Below are positions 56,916-64,000 of a DNA stretch of 64,000 nt, one piece after another. Every line of letters begins with the position of its first letter. Position 1 is the stretch's first letter. Below the pieces are notes generated by a model, which worked only from the letters and a program-made list of their open reading frames with translations, was not told where the DNA came from and did no database searches. The stretch spans positions 873 to 64,872 of the forward strand of contig CAZVXF010000004.1 of assembly GCA_964630875.1 (NCBI GenBank), in the 5' to 3' direction. The position numbers and the translations under genes were made by a program. Source of the stretch: an uncultured bacterium (GTDB lineage: Bacteria > Chlamydiota > Chlamydiia > Chlamydiales > SM23-39).

Positions 56916-57899
56916 CTAATCCCTAAAATTATTTCCAGGCTCTGGAGAATTTCTACTCTCAGTTCCTGGAACTACAAACGGAAGTAGATCTCCTGTTTCT
57001 TCGTCAAAAGCAACATCACCCAAACTTGGCGCATTGTTACCCTCTTGACTTCCTCGAGAAAAGCTCTGAGCGCTATTTGCACGACGTGAAAAGCGATGAC
57101 TGTCGTCGCTTGCAGAGTTCCCTCGGCCATCTTGACTTCGCGAAGTTTGGCTTCCACCAAATTGACCATCGTCTTGTGAAGAACTCCGTAAGGAACTTTC
57201 ACTACTGAGAAGGCTTGGCATTTGGTCTCCTTGATCGCGATCCTGACCATCTTGACTTCGCGAATTTTCACCACTTTTAACCCATGGAATTTGGTTACTG
57301 TCAAAGCTATCCCGTCTAGATGAACTTAGCGAATTTTGGTGATCATCGTCTTGTGAATTTCCACCACTTTTATCCCTTGGAGTTTGGTTATTGTCAAAAC
57401 TCTTCTGGCTAGATGAACTTCGCGAAGTTTGGCTAACTCTCGGTAGGTTATTTTCTCCAGAATTACTCGATAGGGAATTTGTAGGACTTTGACCTATTGG
57501 AGTTCCGCTATCTCTATGGATCACAAGGGGAGATGGCCCTTGCGACTCAGTGCTATCCTGGCTCTTTTCTTTACGGGGTACCGCAGCAGGGATCTCCCCG
57601 AGAGTAACAGGGAATAGATCGTTTTCATTTACGTTCCGAGCCAATGAATTTTTCCGTTCAATTCTTCCATAATCGGAAGCAAATTGCGTTCTTGTACCGT
57701 TTTCCTGATCAGGAATCTCATTCCTTTCGCTTTGACTTGCATCCGGCAAGGGAACCGGTGGGAAAGGATTCATTGAAGTAGATGCAGCATCAGATATCCT
57801 TCTTCGCTGAGGATTATCCATCGAATGATTGGGTTCCGGACTTCTAGGAGTAGAACTTTTAGAAGAACAGCAAGAGCACCATGAACACCAAGAAAACAT
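56916..57899 (-). CDS. Ser/Asp/Gln-rich low-complexity protein with N-terminal Cys cluster
   Basis: MFSWCSWCSCCSSKSS..., then about 300 aa of disordered S/D/Q/N/R-rich sequence with internal repeats (SFD.NQ.P..KSG.NS..D; SRSQDG three times). Confidence 0.55.
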   Translation of the reverse strand: MFSWCSWCSCCSSKSSTPRSPEPNHSMDNPQRRRISDAASTSMNPFPPVPLPDASQSERNEIPDQENGTRTQFASDYGRIERKNSLARNVNENDLFPVTLGEIPAAVPRKEKSQDSTESQGPSPLVIHRDSGTPIGQSPTNSLSSNSGENNLPRVSQTSRSSSSQKSFDNNQTPRDKSGGNSQDDDHQNSLSSSRRDSFDSNQIPWVKSGENSRSQDGQDRDQGDQMPSLLSSESSLRSSSQDDGQFGGSQTSRSQDGRGNSASDDSHRFSRRANSAQSFSRGSQEGNNAPSLGDVAFDEETGDLLPFVVPGTESRNSPEPGNNFRD

Positions 57900-58066
57900 A
57901 AATTATCCTTATTTTTTACCTATATTATACACTCTAAAAAAGATAATTAAAATGAGATTCTTTATTAAATCATTAATAAAAAATTATTAACATATTAAAC
58001 ATTATTTTAAATAGATTACTCGAGCATCTCATTACGGGATGAGAGAAACTTGTCCATGCAGATTTT

Positions 58067-58225
58067 AGAGGGAATTGCAAAACTCGCTTTGTGCGCAAAA
58101 TTTGATGATTGGTTCAATTTGTGCAAATTGACATAACCTATTGGGCTCTTCTGCAATTTGCAAAAAATTGAATCCAATGGAAAAAGGGCAAATTTGGAGC
58201 CAAATGGAGTATTGCAATTCCCTCT
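58067..58225. mobile_element. MITE-like element, copy B (159 bp), inverted relative to copy A
   Basis: agagggaattgcaaaactc ... gagtattgcaattccctct (TIR 18/19). The interior is collinear with the reverse complement of copy A. Confidence 0.8.
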
Positions 58226-58352
58226 TTATTTAAATTGCTTACGTTCTGATGCTTATGACTTGTCCTAGAAAAACTGCCCGTAAAAGGAAATCTTCGATTC
58301 TTGACGCTTTGACGCCGCCAATTGAAAATACGCTTTACATTTTTATATCAAT

Positions 58353-58730
58353 GTGAAAATAGAGAATAAAGATATCACAGTGAGATTGAACATGAGTTGT
58401 AAAAAAGTTTTCGCAGTGGCATTGATGATTGTGAGTATAGTCTCGATCATTATTTCGCTTGTTATCAAAAGTCGTATTCATGAAGGGAAAATACAAGTTT
58501 CCAGTGCTCAAGAAAGGGTGAATTCAGCAAACTCTTTCTTCTCAGAAGTCCCCTACACAAAAGAGATCGGAAAAGGAGTCACTCGTTCGGCACAAAATGA
58601 AATCAATGCCGGAGAGCAAAAAATCTACAATTACTTTTTAGTTTCTAACTTCCTGCTGTATGGAGGAATAGCCCTCTTCATTCTAGGGTCGATATTAATA
58701 TTTATTCCAAGGTCAGTAAATAAAAATTAA
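58353..58730 (+). CDS. hypothetical membrane protein (two TM helices)
   Basis: TM helices VFAVALMIVSIVSIIISLVI and FLLYGGIALFILGSILIFI. The start is uncertain (GTG at 58353 or ATG at 58392). Confidence 0.45.
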   Translation: MKIENKDITVRLNMSCKKVFAVALMIVSIVSIIISLVIKSRIHEGKIQVSSAQERVNSANSFFSEVPYTKEIGKGVTRSAQNEINAGEQKIYNYFLVSNFLLYGGIALFILGSILIFIPRSVNKN

Positions 58731-58858
58731 GGAGGTTGTCCAGTATTGCAAAAAATTTTTGTCCTGTAAAGAGGGAAGAACCTCTAAATATAAAAAACAT
58801 TGAACCAAAATCCTAATTAAATCTATAATGTTTGTTAAACTAATTAAGGATTCATTTT

Positions 58859-59512
58859 ATGTTTTCTTTTATAAAAGAACTGTCTAGCACAATTAAACTG
58901 CTAATAAATTCGGACGCTCGCCACCAGAACACTAGAGCTGAAATGCTGCATATTCAAGCAAAAAGCTGCGAACTCGCCCGTTCTCTTCACAGTGAAATTG
59001 CAGCTTATAACAGGACATTTCGACAAGGGTATGAGGCAGTTGAACTCAAAAGAAAAATAGATGGAGTCCATCTTGGTAAAGTAGGACAAGAACGAGATAA
59101 GCAGTTAAAAGCAACATTAAACGATCTTCAAGAAATCGAATTGAAGCCTAAAAGAGAGGATTTAGACAAACAACTTCGAAAGATTGGAAAAGAACTCTCT
59201 AGACACGATCTTTGTGGAGCAGCTTTAATTGCATACGAAATCTATGATCATGATCACAGATCAACTGTTCTCTCAAATCTGGTTGCTCAACGAATCGATT
59301 CTGTTAAAGTTTTGGAAGCAATCGCAAAAACAATTGAAGACGATTCTTTAAAGTCAAAGTCACTAGCCATTGCTGCAGAAGTCTCATTGGAAAGAGATAA
59401 GGACCCCGAAAATGCGATGAGGATCGTACAAAAAATCGATGATCCTGAACTTAAAAGTCGTATACTTCGAAGCGTTTCTTTATCCATAAACGATTGTCCT
59501 GTTTATAGATAA
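58859..59512 (+). CDS. hypothetical protein (217 aa, helical)
   Basis: Clean ORF in an AT-rich region. No motif recognised. Confidence 0.5.
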   Translation: MFSFIKELSSTIKLLINSDARHQNTRAEMLHIQAKSCELARSLHSEIAAYNRTFRQGYEAVELKRKIDGVHLGKVGQERDKQLKATLNDLQEIELKPKREDLDKQLRKIGKELSRHDLCGAALIAYEIYDHDHRSTVLSNLVAQRIDSVKVLEAIAKTIEDDSLKSKSLAIAAEVSLERDKDPENAMRIVQKIDDPELKSRILRSVSLSINDCPVYR

Positions 59513-59792
59513 TAACAAAAAGAGAAATTCGTGCATTCAGCCAATGCTGATTTTCAACTCTTTAGCTCCTGAGGGGTGTGTTGCATAACCCGTAAAGATG
59601 ACGGTTCCTGTCAACTCTACTCATTGGCCTATGCCGCCTGACCCTCGATCATGGCATAGATCATCGCTGCCTTCAATTGAATTTGGAGCTTTTGAAAGTC
59701 TCTTAAAGTGGTCACACCTGGCCTTCTCAGTACAAAAACTTTGATTTACTTTAAGTTCTTATACTCCATTCATTTAATGGGGATTGTAGGAA

Positions 59793-59865
59793 TGACGGTA
59801 GCCGGACTTGAACCAGCGACAAACGGATTATGATCCCGCTGCTCTACCAACTGAGCTATACCGCC
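59793..59865 (-). tRNA. tRNA-Met (anticodon CAT; elongator, or Ile2 if lysidine-modified)
   Basis: The reverse complement ggcggta-ta-gctc-agttggta-gagc-a-gcggg-atCATaa-tccgt-ttgtc-gctgg-ttcaagt-ccggc-taccgtc-a folds as a cloverleaf. It lacks the initiator features. Confidence 0.85.
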
Positions 59866-59886
59866 AGAGGACAGTCTAGATGAAAA

Positions 59887-59959
59887 TAGCGGGGGTAGGA
59901 CTCGAACCTACGGCCTTTGGGTTATGAGCCCAACGAGCTAACCACTGCTCCACCCCGCG
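59887..59959 (-). tRNA. initiator tRNA-fMet (anticodon CAT)
   Basis: The reverse complement cgcggggtggagcagtggttagctcgttgggctCATaacccaaaggccgtaggttcgagtcctacccccgcta shows an unpaired C1:U72 and three G-C pairs closing the anticodon stem. It is near-collinear with E. coli tRNA-fMet as I recall it. Confidence 0.88.
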
Positions 59960-59991
59960 ATATGAAAATGAGAGCTTATCAGAAGCTTGAT

Positions 59992-61164
59992 TTATTTCCT
60001 AATTATTTTATGAACCTCATTCCATGTGGCATTCGTTGCCCCTCGAAGTTGTTGTAGAAGTCGTGAGGATCTGAGTAGATAGCTTGAGTAATCTACGATA
60101 ATCTGCTGAACCGATTTTTCAAGATTTTGGACGGTCGTTTGAATCCCAGAGGACGTTTCAATGATTTTGCTTACGATCTCTTTTTGCTTGTATGTGAAAG
60201 GACCAAAAATGGGCAAACAACCGTAGAGAAGAGGTTCGAGCAGATTATGTCCCCCAATTCCAGGAACAAAACTTCCCCCAACAAGGGCGACCTTACTTCT
60301 AGCATAGCAGTAGGCCAGTTGACCCATTTCATCGATTAATATGACCTGAGCCTTTTGTTGATCTCTAAAGAAGGCAAAATGAATGTTTTTTCGTGTCAAA
60401 AGAGCTGCTACTTCAGAAAATCTCTCTGGATGTCTCGGAGCAATAAAAATGGGCATTCTCACATTTTTTAATGCATCTAAAATCATTTCCTCTTCAGATG
60501 GATGTGTACAGGCAATTGTAATATACTCTCTTTCAGCGATATCAACCTTTTGCGGCTCAATATCAAACTTTAGATTGCCCGTAATTTGAACTTTTTTATG
60601 AGCAAAAGAAGCAAAACGCTGTGCATATTCACGATTTTGCACACACAGTAGATCGAGATTCGAAAACAGTTTGGAAGAAAATTTTGGAAATCGTAAGCAA
60701 CGTTGATAAGAGCGCTCTGATATTTTTCCGCTGACAAGAATTGTTTTTCCTCCATTTTTTTTGACAGCTTTTAATAGATTTGGCCAAATATCTCCCTCGA
60801 TAAGAAAGCAAATCTCAGGATTTAGTTTTTGGACAAAACGCTTCGCTGCATATGAAAAATCAAGCGGTAAATAAAGATGAATATCAGCACAATTTTTTTT
60901 TGCCTCAGCAAATCCAGTTGCGGTCGTTGTTGTGAAACAAAATCGAGATTGAGGATATTTTTCTTTCAAAAGTGATAAAAAAGGAGCCGCTGCTTTTACT
61001 TCTCCAACAGAAACTGCATGAATCCAAATGACTTTATCCTCTTTTGGAAGAAAAAATCCGAGTCTTTGTAAAAAAGCGGGATGTTTTTTTCCTCTGAAGC
61101 GCTCCCAAAGCAACTTCGGAGCTAAAACCAAGAGGTAAAGAAATAAAACAAAGTTATAGATCAA
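59992..61164 (-). CDS. waaA: 3-deoxy-D-manno-octulosonic acid (Kdo) transferase
   Basis: VIWIHAVSVGEV motif, APRHPERF, and the GGSF...GGHN.LEP C-terminal block. Confidence 0.85.
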   Translation of the reverse strand: MIYNFVLFLYLLVLAPKLLWERFRGKKHPAFLQRLGFFLPKEDKVIWIHAVSVGEVKAAAPFLSLLKEKYPQSRFCFTTTTATGFAEAKKNCADIHLYLPLDFSYAAKRFVQKLNPEICFLIEGDIWPNLLKAVKKNGGKTILVSGKISERSYQRCLRFPKFSSKLFSNLDLLCVQNREYAQRFASFAHKKVQITGNLKFDIEPQKVDIAEREYITIACTHPSEEEMILDALKNVRMPIFIAPRHPERFSEVAALLTRKNIHFAFFRDQQKAQVILIDEMGQLAYCYARSKVALVGGSFVPGIGGHNLLEPLLYGCLPIFGPFTYKQKEIVSKIIETSSGIQTTVQNLEKSVQQIIVDYSSYLLRSSRLLQQLRGATNATWNEVHKIIRK

Positions 61165-63632
61165 CTCTTTATCACTATATTCAGCAGTTTATTAGGCACG
61201 AAGATGGTCTTTAAAATTTCGCCTGTCAAGAATTTCTCTACTTCAGGTTTTTTTCTAGCGATTGCCATTAGCTCACTTTCTGAAATGTTCATGGGCAAAT
61301 CAAAACGACCGCGTAGCTTACCGTTAACCTGAATGACATATGTGGCTACATCCTCGATTAGAAACGCAGAATTGACTGCAGGAATTGGAGCAAAGGTAAG
61401 AGAATCTTTTCTGCCCAGAATTTGCCACATCTCTTCGGCAATATGTGGCGAGAAAGGATAGAGCATTTGAACAGCTCCTTGCAGACATTCTTTTGGATAT
61501 GCGGATAACTGCGTAAAGACATTAAGAAATTCCATCATATGAGCAATGGCTGTGTTGAACTGCAGTGATTCAATATCTTTTGTCACTTGATCGATCAATC
61601 GATGCGTCAATTTCATCGCGTCTAAATGATTCTCTTCAGTGACCTTATCGCTTGTGACCATGTCATAGAAGCGATTTAAAAAACGCTTACAACCAGTAAC
61701 TGCGTCAGTATTCCACACTTTTTCTCGATCAAATGGCCCCATGAACATTTCATAAAGACGGAGCGCATCAGCACCAAATTCTTCAACCATTTCATCGGGA
61801 GACACACCATTTAATTTTGATTTCGACATCTTATCGATGAAAGAAATCAACTCCTCCCCTGTTTTCTTCGAATAGTAGTGCCCATTTTTTTCTTCGACTT
61901 CTTCAGCCGGAAGATATCCTCCGCCATGCAATTTATACGATCTTGAAGTGACAAGACCCTGATTGCGCAAAGTCATAAAAGGTTCAAGAGTGTGAACAAG
62001 TCCTAAATCATAAAGCACTTTATGCCAAAAACGGGCATACAAAAGGTGAAGAACAGCATGTTCAACGCCGCCGACATACATATCGACTGGCAGCCAATAT
62101 TTATCAGCTTGTTTGCTCCAGGCTTCTTTTGAGTTATGCGGATCGCAGAATCGAAGATAGTACCAGCAAGATCCTGCCCATTGCGGCATAGTATTGGTTT
62201 CGCGAAGTGCTTTTTTACCCGTCTTTGGATCGGTGATTTCCACCCAATTTTTTACTTTTGCAAGAGGGCTTTCACCAGACGCTGCAGGCTTATAATCATC
62301 CAGTTCTGGCGGCATTAATGGAAGCTCATCCAGTTCAAGGGCTCGTTTTGTTCCATCTGCAAAATGTAAGATTGGGAAAGGTTCGCCCCAGTAACGCTGC
62401 CGCGAAAAAAGCCAATCTCGAAGTTTATAATGAACAGTTCTCTTCCCAATTTGTTCTTTCTCTAACCAATCAGTCATGACTTTCTTCGACTCAGTTGCAT
62501 CTAAACCGTCGAGAAACAAACTATCAAAGGCGATTCCTTCTTCATTTTTAACAGGGATAATTGGCAAATCGTAAGTTGTAGCAAAACCAAAATCTCTTTC
62601 ATCGTGAGCAGGAACTCCCATGATAGCGCCGGTTCCATATGCCATTAATACATAGTCGGCAACCCATATCGGAATTTTTCTACCTGTCACCGGATGAAGT
62701 GCATAGGCTCCAGTCCAAACTCCTGTTTGTTTTTTTGCTAAATCGGTTCGATCTAAATCGGTTTTCGTAGCGACAACCTTAAGATATTCTTCGACTGCTT
62801 TCTTTTGACTTTCTGTCGTGATTCTCTGCACAATTGGATGCTCTGGCGCAACACTTAAAAAACTTACGCCAAATAATGTATCTGGGCATGTTGTGAAAAC
62901 AGTGATTTCCTCCTTTCCAACAGAGAAGTTAATTGTACTCCCAACGCTTCGGCCAATCCAATTTGCTTGTAATTTCTTCAGGTGGTCTGGCCAATCTAAC
63001 AAATCCAAATCAGAAAGCAACCGGTCCGCATACGCAGTAATTTTTAAAATCCATTGCTTTAATGGTCTTCTTTCTACGGGATAACCACCCTCTTTAGACT
63101 TTCCATTTTCGACCTCTTCATTGGCTAAAACGGTTCCTAAAGCAGGACAGAAGTTGACATTGATCTCAGCCTCATAAGCAAGACCTTTCTCAAATAGAAG
63201 CGTAAAAATCCATTGCGTCCATTTGTAATAATTTGGATCGCTTGTCGCGATCTCTCGATCCCAATCATAACTAAATCCGAGCGACTCTAACTGTCTTCGG
63301 TAAGTATCGATATTGGCTTTTGTCGTGACTGCAGGATGGGTTCCTGTTCGGATCGCGTACTGTTCCGCCGGTAGCCCAAAACTATCCCAGCCCATCGGAT
63401 GAAGGACATTAAAACCTTTTTGCCTCTTATATCGAGCCAAAATATCAGTGCCGGTATAACCAGTCACATGACCCACATGAAGGCCAGCTCCCGATGGGTA
63501 GGGAAACATATCCAAAATGTAATACTTGGGTTTCGCTAAATCGATTTCAGCCTTAAAAGTCTTATGCTCTTTCCAATATTTCTGCCATTTCTTCTCAATG
63601 GACTTGGGATCGTATTTCTGTTTCATAGTCAA
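61161..63632 (-). CDS. leuS: leucine--tRNA ligase
   Basis: MFPYPSGAGLHVGHVTGY (HIGH), CP1 editing domain, KMSKSKLN (KMSKS). Confidence 0.95.
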   Translation of the reverse strand: MTMKQKYDPKSIEKKWQKYWKEHKTFKAEIDLAKPKYYILDMFPYPSGAGLHVGHVTGYTGTDILARYKRQKGFNVLHPMGWDSFGLPAEQYAIRTGTHPAVTTKANIDTYRRQLESLGFSYDWDREIATSDPNYYKWTQWIFTLLFEKGLAYEAEINVNFCPALGTVLANEEVENGKSKEGGYPVERRPLKQWILKITAYADRLLSDLDLLDWPDHLKKLQANWIGRSVGSTINFSVGKEEITVFTTCPDTLFGVSFLSVAPEHPIVQRITTESQKKAVEEYLKVVATKTDLDRTDLAKKQTGVWTGAYALHPVTGRKIPIWVADYVLMAYGTGAIMGVPAHDERDFGFATTYDLPIIPVKNEEGIAFDSLFLDGLDATESKKVMTDWLEKEQIGKRTVHYKLRDWLFSRQRYWGEPFPILHFADGTKRALELDELPLMPPELDDYKPAASGESPLAKVKNWVEITDPKTGKKALRETNTMPQWAGSCWYYLRFCDPHNSKEAWSKQADKYWLPVDMYVGGVEHAVLHLLYARFWHKVLYDLGLVHTLEPFMTLRNQGLVTSRSYKLHGGGYLPAEEVEEKNGHYYSKKTGEELISFIDKMSKSKLNGVSPDEMVEEFGADALRLYEMFMGPFDREKVWNTDAVTGCKRFLNRFYDMVTSDKVTEENHLDAMKLTHRLIDQVTKDIESLQFNTAIAHMMEFLNVFTQLSAYPKECLQGAVQMLYPFSPHIAEEMWQILGRKDSLTFAPIPAVNSAFLIEDVATYVIQVNGKLRGRFDLPMNISESELMAIARKKPEVEKFLTGEILKTIFVPNKLLNIVIKS

Positions 63633-63660
63633 TTATGATACCAAATGAGCAATACATCTA

Positions 63661-64000
63661 CTATAATTTTTTCAGTCGATTGAGTGCGGTTTGCAGATTG
63701 ATACTTATTTTTAGAACTGGAAGAAGTGGATCTTTTTTCTTCAATCTTTTGAGGACTGTTTTCATTGTGAACTGATCGGGCGTCATGCCCTTTTTAACTT
63801 CTTTCCATTCAAGGGGTGTAGAAACTTTTGCACCCGGCCGAGGGCGGACGGCATATGGCGCGACGATGGCTTGTCCCGAGCGATTTTGTAGGCAGTCGAT
63901 ATAGATATTTTTGCCTCTTTTTTTAGGAGCTCTTTTCATGCTCGTGGTATCAGGCATACGATCATGCAAGAGGTGTCCGATCATTTCTGCAAATTGACGC
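63661..64000 (-). CDS. LigD-type primase-polymerase (NHEJ PolDom), C-terminal part; gene runs off the right edge
   Basis: ...FAEMIGHLLHDRMPD..TSMKRAPKKRGKNIYIDCLQNRSGQAIVAPYAVRPRPGAKVSTPLEWKEV matches the LigD polymerase-domain C-terminus (..VF.DYLRN.RG.T.VAPYS.R.RPGAPVS.PL.W.E.). The frame stays open to position 64000. Confidence 0.7.
   Translation of the reverse strand, partial: RQFAEMIGHLLHDRMPDTTSMKRAPKKRGKNIYIDCLQNRSGQAIVAPYAVRPRPGAKVSTPLEWKEVKKGMTPDQFTMKTVLKRLKKKDPLLPVLKISINLQTALNRLKKL

Noticed and set aside
59513-59792. 280-bp non-coding stretch next to the tRNA-Met pair. It contains a 58-codon ORF (59608..59784) and a gaaggcagc string on the minus strand that briefly suggested SRP RNA
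   Set aside because: The order of SRP domain-IV motifs is wrong and I could not draw a convincing long helix. The ORF has no RBS or motif. It is worth a covariance-model scan but is not reportable as a feature.
1-64000. CRISPR arrays, prophage or integrase genes, IS transposases, rRNA operons, toxin-antitoxin pairs and known defence-system gene sets
   Set aside because: I scanned the ORF track and the intergenic regions and found no spacer-repeat periodicity and no integrase or transposase motifs (DDE, tyrosine or serine recombinase). No small adjacent ORF pair had a recognisable TA signature.

Overview
The window looks like chromosomal DNA from an environmental member of the Chlamydiae, probably Parachlamydiaceae-like. 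This is an inference from gene content; no search was possible. The supporting genes are an ATP/ADP nucleotide transporter (NTT/Tlc), a tandem-fused double-length UvrA (1857 aa), a DhnA-type class I aldolase, a Kdo transferase and two paralogous porin-like outer-membrane proteins. There are also several eukaryote-like proteins: a USP deubiquitinase, a MORN-repeat protein, a patatin, a LicD/fukutin-like transferase and an RMD1/DUF155 protein.

The window is densely coding, with about 60 CDS. Housekeeping genes include pgi, trmB, tolQ/tolR-like genes, msrB, rlmI, rimO, oppBC, uvrA, pgm, glgP, glnS, rtcB, glmS, waaA and leuS. There are four tRNAs: Pro-TGG, Leu-TAG, Met-CAT and an initiator Met-CAT. 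I saw no rRNA, CRISPR array, prophage or transposase gene.

Structure not explained by genes:
- A family of MITE-like elements with terminal inverted repeats (TIRs): 3 complete copies and 2 solo ends.
- A second repeat family built on a 48-bp perfect palindrome. Copies lie upstream of pgi, the aldolase gene and a porin gene.
- A duplicated tRNA-Leu 3' end with a 62-bp direct repeat.
- A ~470-bp tandem segmental duplication that created a small-ORF paralogue pair.

Best leads for undescribed biology:
- A 2H-phosphoesterase/archease fusion gene overlapping rtcB, a possible RNA-repair module.
- A tightly packed plus-strand array that encodes an Inc-like protein and a second protein sharing a C-terminal RVPVG repeat motif, a Zn-ribbon protein, a LicD-family transferase, an APC permease and a SAM methyltransferase.
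- A Ser-rich disordered protein with an N-terminal Cys cluster.

All functional calls come from motif recognition by eye. No BLAST or HMM searches were run.
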